From Candidatus Nitrosymbiomonas proteolyticus (GTDB lineage Bacteria > Armatimonadota > Fimbriimonadia > Fimbriimonadales > Fimbriimonadaceae), in NCBI GenBank assembly GCA_017347465.1, contig AP021858.1, forward strand, positions 1,256,472-1,320,471: a stretch of DNA of 64,000 nt. The letters are read 5' to 3'. The position numbers and the translations under genes are program-made. Positions 1 to 10,050 of the stretch are shown one piece after another. Position 1 is the first letter of the stretch; each line of letters opens with the position of its first letter. The notes beneath the pieces are model-generated. The model was not told the DNA's origin and ran no database searches. It saw only the letters and a list, made by a program, of their open reading frames with translations.

Positions 1-69
1 CTGTGAAATGCGCGAGGTTGCGCTACCTCCTCGCTGGAGCGATCTCGCCGTGATGCCGAAAATCCCAAT

Positions 70-1317
70 ATGCTCGCCCGCATAACGCGAACCTTCTTTT
101 CGCCCGTCTTTTGGGCCGCTGTGCTTTCCGCGCTGCTTACCCTCGCCGCATTCGGTTGCGGTGGGGGAGGGACCGTCACGTCGGGTGGCGGCGGCGGAGG
201 AGGAGGCGGTGGCGGCGGTGGCGGCGGTGGTGGCGGCGGCGGTGGTGGCGGTGGCGGCGGTGGCGGCGGAGGAACGCCCCCTTCGATCGTCGTGAGCGCC
301 GATCCAGGAGTCCTTTATGCCCACATGATTACCGGGATGGGCCGAGGGCCGGATTCGTGGATCGATATCGACTGGATTTCGGCGGGGGCGCAACAGAGCG
401 AGTTCGCAACGACTCGAATTCAACTCAACGGGTACACCTCGACCCCGCTCGACATCGTCGCTCTGGGGACTGGCACCCAGACCTTCAATTCGTTTAGTAT
501 CAATGTTCTGCAACTGATTCTGCCGGGCAATACGATCGTTCCCGGACCCCACACCAAGACTGTCCCGTCCAACTTCAAACTCATGGCCGGTCGAACGACC
601 GCGATTCAAACGTTCTTCGATGAGTCGATGGTGTTCGAAGACCAAGGCGCAATGATCTTCGACGACGTGGCGTTCGACTTCGTCAACGTCGATCTGTTCG
701 GGGGCTCGATTCCGGCGTTCTTCAGCGACTGCGTCCGAGTGGACATCGGCCAGCTTTCGTCTCGCCCAGGGCTGAATGCGGGGGGGCAGGCGCAATTTGT
801 GTATGTCTCGGGCGACGTGGTGGGGCTCAGCGGATCCACGTCTACGACGTTTGAGATTCACATGGACCGCGACCGCAATTTGGACTTCGTCCCAGTTCGG
901 GGTGGCACGTTCACCGGGACAGCTTCTGGAACCTACACGGTCGTTGAGCCCAATCCGCAAAACAGTTCCGTCGAGATTCCCAGATACACGGCTCCGTGGA
1001 CCGACATCGACAACGTGGTGCAGGACTTCACCGAGTTCGTGATGATCTCGTTCCCTTCGACGGATTCGACCAAGTCAGACCACCTCTTGATGCTCTCGCG
1101 TTCTTCGGGAGTGATCACCGCATGCTATTTTGGAACGCTCAATCGCAACACGGGCTCCTTCAGCGCCTATCCGATCGGGCAGTTCAAGCAGGGTTCTCCG
1201 ACGACAATTGGCGGTGTCGCCTCGATTGAAGCCACGGGTGGCAACTACAGCATCGAATCCGGAACCCCCCCGGCGAGCTTTCCGTTGACGGGGACATACC
1301 TTCGGTTCGTGCGGTAG
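70..1317 (+). CDS. secreted or lipoprotein-like hypothetical protein with a 30-residue poly-glycine linker
   Basis: 415-aa ORF. N-terminal hydrophobic signal ends ...LAAFGC. 30 consecutive Gly codons at 184-273. No family recognised for the C-terminal domain. Confidence 0.6.
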   Translation: MLARITRTFFSPVFWAAVLSALLTLAAFGCGGGGTVTSGGGGGGGGGGGGGGGGGGGGGGGGGGGGGGTPPSIVVSADPGVLYAHMITGMGRGPDSWIDIDWISAGAQQSEFATTRIQLNGYTSTPLDIVALGTGTQTFNSFSINVLQLILPGNTIVPGPHTKTVPSNFKLMAGRTTAIQTFFDESMVFEDQGAMIFDDVAFDFVNVDLFGGSIPAFFSDCVRVDIGQLSSRPGLNAGGQAQFVYVSGDVVGLSGSTSTTFEIHMDRDRNLDFVPVRGGTFTGTASGTYTVVEPNPQNSSVEIPRYTAPWTDIDNVVQDFTEFVMISFPSTDSTKSDHLLMLSRSSGVITACYFGTLNRNTGSFSAYPIGQFKQGSPTTIGGVASIEATGGNYSIESGTPPASFPLTGTYLRFVR

Positions 1318-1341
1318 AGTCTGCGGTTAGGCGGACAGCGA

Positions 1342-2280
1342 ATGAAGGCATTAGTCACCGGCGGCGCCGGGTTCATCGGGAGTCACGTGGCGCTGGGCGC
1401 CGCGGCGAAGGGTTGGCAGGTCGTCGTTTTGGACGATCTCTCTTCGGGCAGCCCGAGCAACCTCACCGGCGCGCCGTCCCATTTGGAGATGCGGGTGGGG
1501 TCGGTTTGCGATCCTGAAGCAGTCCGTTCGGCGGTGGAGGGGTGCGATGTGGTCTTCCACCTGGCCGCGATTGCGAGCGTGCAGCGGTCGGTCGAGGATC
1601 CCGTGGGCACGGGCCGCGTCAACGTCGAGGGAATGGTGAGGGTGCTCGAGGCGGCGACTCGTGCCGGGTCTCGCGTCGTCTTCAGCTCTTCCTCGGCCGT
1701 GTATGGAGACGCTGACGCGTTACCGGTCTCCGAATCCGCTCGGCCCCTGCCCTGCAGCCCATACGCGGTTCACAAGCTGTGCGGCGAGATGTACCTTCAA
1801 GCGTTCTGGTCGACGGGCGGCCTGATCTCGCGCTCGCTCCGTTACTTCAATGTGTATGGGCCAAGGCAGGACCCTCAGTCTGAGTACGCAGCCGTCATCC
1901 CCAAATTCGTCACACGGGCGATTCGCGGCGAGCCGCTCGTGATCTTTGGTGACGGTGGGCAGACGCGGGACTTCGTGTTCGTCGAGGACGTGGCGCGTGC
2001 GAACTTGCTGGCAGCGGAGCAGGGCAGCGGCGAGTCTTTCGTGCTCAATATCGGATCGGGCGTCAGCCTCTCGGTCCTGGATCTTGCGAAGAAGGTCATC
2101 GAGATTGCCGAGTCGAACTCGCAGATCGTTTTCGAACCTCCGCGCCCTGGAGAGGTGCGCGACAGCCGTGCCGACACCGCCCTGGCGCACGCGCAACTCG
2201 GGTTCGATGCCTCGACCCCGCTTGAAGAGGGGCTCAGGCGAACCCTGGAGTATTGGCGCGATCGGGAAAGTTGCCAATGA
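1342..2280 (+). CDS. NAD-dependent epimerase/dehydratase (UDP-glucose 4-epimerase-like SDR)
   Basis: N-terminal Rossmann motif VTGGAGFIGSH, catalytic YxxxK (YAVHKLCGE), length 312 aa. Confidence 0.85.
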   Translation: MKALVTGGAGFIGSHVALGAAAKGWQVVVLDDLSSGSPSNLTGAPSHLEMRVGSVCDPEAVRSAVEGCDVVFHLAAIASVQRSVEDPVGTGRVNVEGMVRVLEAATRAGSRVVFSSSSAVYGDADALPVSESARPLPCSPYAVHKLCGEMYLQAFWSTGGLISRSLRYFNVYGPRQDPQSEYAAVIPKFVTRAIRGEPLVIFGDGGQTRDFVFVEDVARANLLAAEQGSGESFVLNIGSGVSLSVLDLAKKVIEIAESNSQIVFEPPRPGEVRDSRADTALAHAQLGFDASTPLEEGLRRTLEYWRDRESCQ

Positions 2281-3167
2281 ATCGCATGGAGTTGGGAACC
2301 TCGGGCGGTGGAGGCGCAGTCCAATTCTCGATGGTACGCATCTCGTTGCTTGCGGTAGGTTTAGCGCTGGGGCTGACCTCCTTCGCTCAGGCACAGCTCA
2401 CGCCCGAAGCCGCGACGCAGAACGCCTTGGCGGGTCTGAGGATGCACCCTTCAGCGTGGCTGAGAATGGACGGCCAAGACACCGTCGGCAACGTGGCCAA
2501 TCGGTTCATTGGCGACCTCTACTGGTATTCCAGTTTTGATGCGCTGGGACTGCCTGTAGCCAAAGCCGAACTGCAAGAGTTCCTCAACGGCAACCTTCGA
2601 GTCCGAACCGTCGGCGACGGCGTTACGCTGTGGCACTACGATTTGGCTAGGTTCGCCTACAACGCGACGACCTACGGCGCCTTTTCCGGATCGCCCCCGC
2701 CCACGTACTTGACGAATTTGATCAAGGGCATTGGCACGCATGCCGAAGGGCAGACGACGCATTTGGTGCGTTTGATTCGGGAGACCTACGATGGCGGATT
2801 CGCCCAGTTCAAGCCGTGGATCGTGGGAGGAGCTTCCTCCTTGCTGACCGGCGGGCAGTCGATGGACGATCCCGTTCTCGGCAACCAGCGAACCTATGTG
2901 TCTTCGGCGGCCGTGGAATACGCGGTCTTCTGGACCGGCCAACCTGCGAACCGCTCGCTCGCCTTCGAAATCATCAGCGATCCGAAGTTTGGGGGCAAGA
3001 TCGTCAACGCCGTGTACTTTGCGAGCGTCAGCGCGGTCGGCAATCAGAGCCGGTTGGTTGAGTGGACGATGATGGTGCGCCCGGACGTGATCCCGGCGGC
3101 AAGCAACTTCGTGTTCGTGCCTCCTGCGGGCGCGAAGCCGATTCCCAAGACGGGCGGTTCGTACTGA
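2277..3167 (+). CDS. secreted hypothetical protein
   Basis: ATG at 2277 overlaps the epimerase stop (ATGA). Signal-like segment MVRISLLAVGLALGLTSFAQAQ gives an alternative start at 2331. No recognised domain. Confidence 0.5.
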   Translation: MNRMELGTSGGGGAVQFSMVRISLLAVGLALGLTSFAQAQLTPEAATQNALAGLRMHPSAWLRMDGQDTVGNVANRFIGDLYWYSSFDALGLPVAKAELQEFLNGNLRVRTVGDGVTLWHYDLARFAYNATTYGAFSGSPPPTYLTNLIKGIGTHAEGQTTHLVRLIRETYDGGFAQFKPWIVGGASSLLTGGQSMDDPVLGNQRTYVSSAAVEYAVFWTGQPANRSLAFEIISDPKFGGKIVNAVYFASVSAVGNQSRLVEWTMMVRPDVIPAASNFVFVPPAGAKPIPKTGGSY

Positions 3168-3171
3168 GATC

Positions 3172-3843
3172 CTAGCCCTTCGAAGGGATGAACTGGCTCA
3201 CCCACGGGCCGAAGCCCTGCGGCGACCGCGTCTGGATGTAGAGGATCCCCGGTCCGACGAACTCGGCAACGAAGCCTTCGCCCGAAGTGAAGCTGCCCAG
3301 CCAACTCTTGGCGGCTCTCCGGATGGTGAAGTTCATGCCATCGGAAAACGCGACGATGTGGCCGGTGTCGACAATGTACGGCTGGCCCTCCATTAGGCGC
3401 ACGGCATGTACCGCGCCAAAACTCGAAACGAGCAAGGTGCCGGTTCCAAAGACCCTCAATATGAACAATCCCTCCCCGGCGAAGAAGCTCCTTCCGCTCA
3501 GTTTGGTCTCCATCTCGAGCGAGGTATCTCCCGCGAGATAGCAGCCGCTCGTGACCATATAGCCTTGATGGGAGAGTTGCAGCGGGACGATATCCCCCAC
3601 CGCTGCGGGCGCCAAGAGCACCTCTCCCGCCCCGCGGTCCGCCGTGAAAGTCGACTGAAAAAGGCTCTCGCCCCCGAAGAGCCTTCCGATCGCCTTTCCG
3701 AGTCCGCCCGCCATTTTTGATTCGACGGTGATCGTCGGCGACATGCTGACCATCGCGCCGCTTTCGGCCCGGATGCTGTCTCCAGGTTCGAGCATCATTC
3801 GCGCCACGGCGAAGGAGGGTTGGTAAAGAATCTCGTAGTTCAT
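3172..3843 (-). CDS. AIM24/TIGR00266 (DUF124) family protein
   Basis: 223 aa. N-terminus MNYEILYQPSFAVARMMLEPGDSIRAESGAMVSM is typical of the family, as is the overall Gly-rich beta pattern. Confidence 0.75.
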   Translation of the reverse strand: MNYEILYQPSFAVARMMLEPGDSIRAESGAMVSMSPTITVESKMAGGLGKAIGRLFGGESLFQSTFTADRGAGEVLLAPAAVGDIVPLQLSHQGYMVTSGCYLAGDTSLEMETKLSGRSFFAGEGLFILRVFGTGTLLVSSFGAVHAVRLMEGQPYIVDTGHIVAFSDGMNFTIRRAAKSWLGSFTSGEGFVAEFVGPGILYIQTRSPQGFGPWVSQFIPSKG

Positions 3844-3929
3844 TCGGCAAATCTCTCACCTTCGATACGATTCGGGAAGCGGGTTCGGCGCGCCGAACGC
3901 CCCAGCGGCTCAGGGAGCCACGTGCCAAG

Positions 3930-5342
3930 ATGAAAGTTCGCATGTCGAGTCTGGAACTGTCCGCTGACACGAAAGGGGCGCCCCACGAAAACCCATCGAA
4001 GGTGGTTTGGGCGCTCGCTTGGCCTGCCGTCGTGCTCAACGGAATGCAGGTTCTCAACATGCTTCTCGATAGCGCGTTTATCGGCAGGTTGGAAAGCGCC
4101 GCGCTGCTTGCCTACGGCGCGCTCACCAACGTGCTGTTCCTCCTGTTTTCGCTTGCGATGGCCTTAGCGACGGCCGCCACAGCGCTGGTCAGCCGAGCCT
4201 ATGGCGCAGGGCAGGTCGAGGAGTTTCGCATGGCGTCTCGGCAAGCTCTGTCGGTAACGCTCGCCTGTGGGACGATTCTCGCGATTCTGGGCGCATCGCT
4301 CTCCCCGGCGGCCGCCCAAGCGTTTCTTCCGGCCGGTGAAACCCGGGCGGAGTCGCTGATGCTCTCCTACCTGGCGATTTACTCCTTTGGCTTGCCGGCG
4401 ATCTACTTGATCCAATCGCTCGCCGGAGCCATGCGCGGCGTTGGCGACACTCGCAGCCCGATGGTGATCTCGGGGATTCAGATACTGCTTCACATCGCGT
4501 TGAACCTGATCCTCATCTTCCCGCCTCGGGACTTGGGGGGCGGATTGATGCTTCCGGGATACGACATGGGCCTTGCGGGAGGCGCCCTCGCATTGACGAT
4601 CTCCGCGTGGATGGCGGCGGTCGGCTACCTGCTGTATGCGGGCAGGACGGCGCTGGGGAGCGTCTGGAGGTTGATCCTCCCTTCGTGGGCGTGGGTCGTT
4701 CGGATCTTTCGAATTGCGATACCCGCGGCGATCATGGCTCTCCTGCGGGTTTCGTCGTTGGCGGTGTTTACGATCGTGCTCAAATACGCCAAGGACGCCT
4801 CCGACGCCATCGCGGGCATGCGGCCTGGATTCGCCATCGAGTCGATGATGTTCATGCCGTCGTTTGGGCTCGCGATGGCGGCCGCAGCGCTCGTCGGGCA
4901 GAGCCTAGGGGCAAAGAACCCCGATCGCGCGGAGCGGCTCGCTTGGACGGCGGCCCATCATGCGGCGATCGTGACCGCGTTGCTGGCGCTTCCGATCTTC
5001 CTCGGCGCGGATGGCCTGGCGAACCTCTTGGTGCAGGGCAAGCCGAGCATCGCCGCAGAGACTGCGCTCCTCCTCCGCTACCTTTGCGTGACCGAGGTGG
5101 GGTTCGCCTACGCGATGGTGATGATGTTTGCGATGCAGGGCGCGGGCGACACCGTGCGGCCGATGTGGATTACCGTCATCACCCTCTGGGGCATGCGGGT
5201 TCCGCTGACATGGCTGCTCGCCCTTCCCCTGGGGCTCGGCTCGACGGGAGCATGGATCGCCATGAGCGTCACCCAACTGCTTCAGGGGTTGTTCGCGGTG
5301 CTCGCTTTTCGCCAAGGCAAATGGAAGCACAAAGAGGTGTAA
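3930..5342 (+). CDS. MATE family efflux transporter
   Basis: 470 aa with about 12 predicted TM helices. Has the MATE-like N-terminal pattern (WALAWPAVVLNGMQVLNMLLDSAFIGRL) and an internal duplication. Confidence 0.85.
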   Translation: MKVRMSSLELSADTKGAPHENPSKVVWALAWPAVVLNGMQVLNMLLDSAFIGRLESAALLAYGALTNVLFLLFSLAMALATAATALVSRAYGAGQVEEFRMASRQALSVTLACGTILAILGASLSPAAAQAFLPAGETRAESLMLSYLAIYSFGLPAIYLIQSLAGAMRGVGDTRSPMVISGIQILLHIALNLILIFPPRDLGGGLMLPGYDMGLAGGALALTISAWMAAVGYLLYAGRTALGSVWRLILPSWAWVVRIFRIAIPAAIMALLRVSSLAVFTIVLKYAKDASDAIAGMRPGFAIESMMFMPSFGLAMAAAALVGQSLGAKNPDRAERLAWTAAHHAAIVTALLALPIFLGADGLANLLVQGKPSIAAETALLLRYLCVTEVGFAYAMVMMFAMQGAGDTVRPMWITVITLWGMRVPLTWLLALPLGLGSTGAWIAMSVTQLLQGLFAVLAFRQGKWKHKEV

Positions 5343-5358
5343 GCGGCCTGAGGCGTCG

Positions 5359-6183
5359 TTAGGAAAGGAGTTGGAAGGCCGAAATGAGTCGCGCGACCCG
5401 AACGGCTTCGGTGATTTCGTGGGTTCGAATGACCTTAGCGCCCCCCAACTGCGCGAGCGCCTGAGCCGCCAACGTCACGCTCTCTCTCTCCCGAATCGGC
5501 ACGGGGACATCTCCGCCTGCGATTCGTCCGAGAAACGACTTTCGGCTCAAACCCACCAACACGGGATAGCCGAGTTCGCAAATCGCGGGCAGGCCCCGAA
5601 GCAGCGCAAGGTTGTGCTCGACGGTTTTGCCAAACCCGAAACCGGGGTCGATCCAGATATTCTCCTCCGCGATCCCCGCTCTTCGAGCACTCTCGACCCG
5701 CTCCCCCAAGAAGTCGCGCACCTCCCGCACGACGTCGCCGTACTTGGGCTCGACTTGCATCGTCGCAGGGTCGTTTTGCATGTGCATGAGGCAGACTCCG
5801 CACCCGAACTCCGCGCAAACCTCAGACATCGCCGGGTCGCTCAGCGCTCGAACGTCGTTGACGACCTTTGCGCCAGCTTCGAGGCAGGATTTCGCCACAA
5901 CGGACTTGGACGTATCGATGGAAACCGTCACCGATTGCCGGGCCAGCGCTTCCACGACCGGCAGCACGCGGCGCAACTCCTCTTCGAAGGGAACGGGTTC
6001 CGCGCCGGGACGTGTGGACTCACCCCCCACATCGATGAGGTCCGCTCCCTCAGCGATGAGCGCAAGCCCCCGCGCCGCCGCCGAAGGCGCATCGGCATAG
6101 CTCCCTCCGTCGCTGAAGCTGTCCGGAGTCACGTTAAGGATGCCCATGAGCAGCGGGCGATCGGGAGGAATCTGCAAGCTCAT
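5359..6183 (-). CDS. folP: dihydropteroate synthase
   Basis: Motifs GILNVTPDSFSDGG and DVGGESTRPG. 274 aa. Start overlaps the lysC stop by 4 nt. Confidence 0.9.
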   Translation of the reverse strand: MSLQIPPDRPLLMGILNVTPDSFSDGGSYADAPSAAARGLALIAEGADLIDVGGESTRPGAEPVPFEEELRRVLPVVEALARQSVTVSIDTSKSVVAKSCLEAGAKVVNDVRALSDPAMSEVCAEFGCGVCLMHMQNDPATMQVEPKYGDVVREVRDFLGERVESARRAGIAEENIWIDPGFGFGKTVEHNLALLRGLPAICELGYPVLVGLSRKSFLGRIAGGDVPVPIRERESVTLAAQALAQLGGAKVIRTHEITEAVRVARLISAFQLLS

Positions 6184-7529
6184 TGCGCCTTGCTCAGTTC
6201 AAACCTTTCGTGCAGCGCTCGGACGGCGCGCTCGACGTCGACGTAGGGGATGAGGCAGCTCAGCGAGCGCTCGGAGTCGCTGGTTTGAAGTACGGCAACC
6301 TGCTGCTCGTGGAGAGTCGTGAGAACCTCGTGATAGACGCCGGGTTGTTGGAGATAATCCTGCCCGATCACCGAGACCATCGTGCAGTTCTCCGTGAGGT
6401 CGATGGAGAGGGTGCGAACGCCTCCAAGGGGTCGCAGTAGGTCGGCTTGCGTTTCGACTTCGCGCGAGGGCTTTTCGCCGAGTTGGCAAAGGTAGACCGG
6501 TTCGCTGCCCTCAATTGGGAGAACCAAGCCGTCGATCAGGTCCTTGGCGGTCGAGAACTCTTCGCGAGGCATGGCAAAGCCAAAACCGTGTCTGCTGTGG
6601 TTCATCATGTACACGTTGAGGTCGTACCGCGCCATCGTCTCGTAGATTCTCGATTCGAGCGGAACACGATGGGTTTCTTCCGCCGATTCCAGGTTGAATT
6701 GCAGGTAGGCCAACCGCCCGGAGTGCGTGACCCCAGTGACCCTTCTGCCGGGGAAGCTCTTGCGGTCGACCACTTCAGTGCCCGGATCGTCGCTGAAAGT
6801 GTTCTTCACCCAGAGCGGAATCCCGAACTTCATCGCGATCTCCGCGGCTCGCGGGTGAAGGACCTTGGCGCCGAGGTGCGCGATCTCAGCTACCTCGTCG
6901 TAAGTGACCTTGCGAAGGGTCGGCGCGTTCGGGACGTGGTCCGGGTCTGCGGTCTTGACTCCGTCCACATCGGTGTAGACTTCGACGCGCTCCGCGCCCA
7001 AAGCAGCGCCGAGAACCGCAGCCGTCGTGTCCGAGCCGCCCCTTCCCAATGTGGTGAGCTCGCCCCCAGGGTCGCCCTTGCGCGGAACGAAGGTGCCCTG
7101 AAATCCGCACACCACCGGGACGTTGCCTTTCTCCAGACTCTCGGAAAGGAGTAAGGGGTTGATGCTGACGATCCTCGCGTTCCCAAAAACGCCGTCCGTC
7201 CGGATTCCGGCTTGTCCGCCCCGGAAGGCTTGGGAGGGTTGCCCCATCGTCTTCAGGGTATGCGCGAACAGGGTCGCGGAGAGAATCTCCCCGCACGCGA
7301 TCATCAGGTCCACCTCTCGAGGGTCGGGCGCAACCGTCGGATCAACTTCTTGGAGCAGCCTTAGTAGCGTGTCCGTAGAGTACGGGCTCTCCTCGCGGCC
7401 GATCGCGCTGACTACGACCACGGGCTTATACCCCTGCTCCTTCGCGGAGAGCACGTGAGCCGCGGCTTTACGCCGGTTCTCAGGCGTCGAGACGCTCGTC
7501 CCGCCGAACTTGAGCACGACGATGCTCAT
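6180..7529 (-). CDS. lysC: aspartate kinase
   Basis: N-terminus MSIVVLKFGGTSV, GRGGSDTTA motif, C-terminal ACT-like region. 449 aa. Confidence 0.9.
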   Translation of the reverse strand: MSIVVLKFGGTSVSTPENRRKAAAHVLSAKEQGYKPVVVVSAIGREESPYSTDTLLRLLQEVDPTVAPDPREVDLMIACGEILSATLFAHTLKTMGQPSQAFRGGQAGIRTDGVFGNARIVSINPLLLSESLEKGNVPVVCGFQGTFVPRKGDPGGELTTLGRGGSDTTAAVLGAALGAERVEVYTDVDGVKTADPDHVPNAPTLRKVTYDEVAEIAHLGAKVLHPRAAEIAMKFGIPLWVKNTFSDDPGTEVVDRKSFPGRRVTGVTHSGRLAYLQFNLESAEETHRVPLESRIYETMARYDLNVYMMNHSRHGFGFAMPREEFSTAKDLIDGLVLPIEGSEPVYLCQLGEKPSREVETQADLLRPLGGVRTLSIDLTENCTMVSVIGQDYLQQPGVYHEVLTTLHEQQVAVLQTSDSERSLSCLIPYVDVERAVRALHERFELSKAQ

Positions 7530-8035
7530 CCCTTCGCCTCCGAAAGGGTGGCCTGCAACGCTTCGGCGAGCCCAGAAGCGTGCTCTCTCGGCGTCACGAT
7601 CAGAACGCGGTCGTGCATATCGCTGAGGTGGTCGATCCGCGCCCCCGTTCCAATCGCAATCGAGACGATCTTGGCGATTCTCCCGTTTTCGTCCCTCATG
7701 TTCACCGAATGCACGATGAGAATGGCGTAGTCTTTGCCCGCCCGGAAGTTGAGGCCGAGCGCGGACAGGGCGTCTTGCGTCTTCTGAGCCTGTTCTTCGG
7801 CGACCAGAAACGCCATCCCGCTTTGGGTCAGCTTCAAGAAGTCGATGCTCACGCCTGCTCGGGCAACGCCTTCGAGCGCGCGAATTCGGGCCTCTTGCAG
7901 GGGCGCCTCCAGGCCGTGGATGTGAATGTGGGCGTACCCCGTGCGGATTTCGAACTCATAAACGTCTCGCGGGCGCTCGAACTCGACCTGGGGCGTCGGG
8001 TGTTGCTGGCTCACCTTCGGGTTCGTCCTCGGCAA
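7526..8035 (-). CDS. stand-alone ACT-domain protein (aspartokinase regulatory-subunit-like)
   Basis: 169 aa. Two beta-alpha-beta-beta-alpha-beta-like segments. Stop overlaps the lysC start (ATGA coupling). The assignment is by context and pattern only. Confidence 0.55.
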   Translation of the reverse strand: MPRTNPKVSQQHPTPQVEFERPRDVYEFEIRTGYAHIHIHGLEAPLQEARIRALEGVARAGVSIDFLKLTQSGMAFLVAEEQAQKTQDALSALGLNFRAGKDYAILIVHSVNMRDENGRIAKIVSIAIGTGARIDHLSDMHDRVLIVTPREHASGLAEALQATLSEAKG

Positions 8036-8083
8036 AGCGGATCAGCGTTCGGTCTCATCGGCTCGCTAGGTTACCTCTGCCTA

Positions 8084-10009
8084 CTAAGAAGATTGTTCCA
8101 ATAGGACTCCCGATGGGCCTGTCCAAACGGGACGCAGCGCTCCAGTCCGGACGGCATCCGCCAGCAGGGCCTTCCAGCGAAGTTCGAAGTTGTCGAGAAG
8201 GCCCTGAATCTCCTCGTCGGAATAACCTTGGGTTTCAGGTCCCGCCAGCCCGGCGGTCGCGAGCCATGCCTGAACGTCTGACTGAGGCTTCAACGCAAAG
8301 CTGTAGTAGGCGAAGCCCACTTTGTTTTCGCTCATCCATCGGGCCAGGTCCTGGCCGGAGCGCATCTCGTCGTAGGGGATCCACGTGCTATGCCCTGGAT
8401 TGGCCCAAAAATAGGGCACGTCGAGCAAGAACCCGAACACTTCGTCGTAAAGCGCGACCTTCGATTCTTGGGCAAGTTCGTTGATCTTCGGCGAGGCTGC
8501 CGCAAGCGCGACGGTCGACTTCCGGTAGTCCTCGGCCGAGTGCTTGCCCAAAACCACCGGCAGCTTCGGGTCAACCGTCACAGTCTTCATCAGCCACAGG
8601 GAATAGAGGGCCTGCAGAGAGATCGCTCCCGCCAGCAGCGGACCCGCTCTGAGCCTCACCACCCCACCGGCCGCGAGCAACGTCAGCGGCAGCCCCATAT
8701 TGAGCGCGTAGCGGCTCTGCTGGCTGAGGAAGAACCAGAAGAGGAAGCACACGAACACTGCCGCCAAAACGCCGCCCTCGAACGAGGAAGTTCGGCCCGA
8801 AAGCGGCCAGCCAAGCAGCGCAATGAGGGGCACAACACCGAGCGCGCCGAACGGGAAGCCCCCACCTTCGGTTTGAGCCGGATTGACGTAGCGCCCCGGC
8901 TGGTAGGCGAGGCCCAGAATGGCATGAGGAAGCTCGAGCGGCGACGCGCCCGTTTTTCCAAACGACTTTTGCTCGGCCTCATAGATAGCGGACCGCCTAC
9001 CGTCCCAGTTCTCGCCGCCAAAGACGGAGTAGAAGAACGGATACACGGGGTTGCCGGTCGTGGCCGCGTTGCGAATGAGCCAGGGGGAAGCGAGCGCAAG
9101 CGCGGCGAGAGGAAGCAGCGAGCCGGACGCAAACGCGCGCTTGGGTTCGCGTCGCGCGAGGCACCAGATCGCCAGCACGATCCCCACAGCCAGCGCGACC
9201 TGAAGGCCCGTGTACTTGCTCGAAGCCGCAAAACCAAGACAAAGCCCCGAAAGCCATAGCGCGTCCTTGTTCGCTTCCTCGGCGATCCATGCGGCCGCAA
9301 ACAGCACGCCGAGCGCCGACCACGTCCCGTGCGCCGCATCGATGTAAGCCGTGCCCGATTCCCACAAGACCGAAGGAATCGCCCAGAACGCGGCCAGGGC
9401 GATCCAACCCGCTGAAGGGCCGTACCTTCCCCGCGCGAAGCCGAACATCGCCAGTCCGCCCCAAAACGAATAGGCCCAGACGAAGGCCTTCGCCCCAGCC
9501 TCGCCGCCCCACTGGAGTCCCCACAGAAATAGGTTGTCGACGAGGAACGGAAAGTTGCTGTGGTGGATGGTTGGAACGAACTCGATTTGGCCGGCTTGAA
9601 TCCAGAGCTTGGGAACGGCGAGATGGTAGGCGAGTGAATCCCAGTCGAGCGTGTCGCTCGGCCCCAATACACCCACCAGCGAAAAGAGAAGCGCCAGAGC
9701 CGCAAGTCCGAGTGCGAGAAGGGGCCAACCCTTGGGCAGTTGAAGGGGGCTCGAAATCGTCTTTCTCGAAGCGAACAGCAGCGAATATCCCGAGATCGCG
9801 AGCGCCGCGACCACCCCCAGGCCCCAGCGCACCCCTCCGGGAGCAAGGCCGATCGGAAGCGAGATCCAACCCACAACGCCGAGACCGATCAGGCCCCGAA
9901 GACCCCACGCAAGGGCTGGGTCGAGGCTCGCCAACCGTCTTCCGGCCACGGCCTGCCCCCAACCGCAAACGCCCAAGCTGAACAGCGCGGTGATCAGGAA
10001 TCCCAGCAT
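8084..10009 (-). CDS. polytopic membrane protein, probable GT-C (ArnT/PMT-like) glycosyltransferase
   Basis: 641 aa. More than 12 hydrophobic helices followed by a soluble C-terminal domain. Family guess is from architecture only. Confidence 0.5.
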   Translation of the reverse strand: MLGFLITALFSLGVCGWGQAVAGRRLASLDPALAWGLRGLIGLGVVGWISLPIGLAPGGVRWGLGVVAALAISGYSLLFASRKTISSPLQLPKGWPLLALGLAALALLFSLVGVLGPSDTLDWDSLAYHLAVPKLWIQAGQIEFVPTIHHSNFPFLVDNLFLWGLQWGGEAGAKAFVWAYSFWGGLAMFGFARGRYGPSAGWIALAAFWAIPSVLWESGTAYIDAAHGTWSALGVLFAAAWIAEEANKDALWLSGLCLGFAASSKYTGLQVALAVGIVLAIWCLARREPKRAFASGSLLPLAALALASPWLIRNAATTGNPVYPFFYSVFGGENWDGRRSAIYEAEQKSFGKTGASPLELPHAILGLAYQPGRYVNPAQTEGGGFPFGALGVVPLIALLGWPLSGRTSSFEGGVLAAVFVCFLFWFFLSQQSRYALNMGLPLTLLAAGGVVRLRAGPLLAGAISLQALYSLWLMKTVTVDPKLPVVLGKHSAEDYRKSTVALAAASPKINELAQESKVALYDEVFGFLLDVPYFWANPGHSTWIPYDEMRSGQDLARWMSENKVGFAYYSFALKPQSDVQAWLATAGLAGPETQGYSDEEIQGLLDNFELRWKALLADAVRTGALRPVWTGPSGVLLEQSS

Positions 10010-10050
10010 TCGAGCCAGTATACGGCCCAGCCTACGGGTATCGTCTCGCC

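Noticed and set aside
3044-4060. 338-aa minus-strand ORF overlapping the AIM24-family gene and the MATE start
   Set aside because: Its composition is Arg/Gly-rich and it shares the region with a clearly recognisable TIGR00266-type frame.
8390-9981. Several 230-400-aa ORFs overlapping the membrane glycosyltransferase gene (8390-9259+, 8683-9876-, 8997-9968-, 9289-9981+)
   Set aside because: These are typical high-GC alternative-frame artefacts with extreme Arg/Pro/Ser/Gly content. Only the hydrophobic multi-TM frame is plausible.
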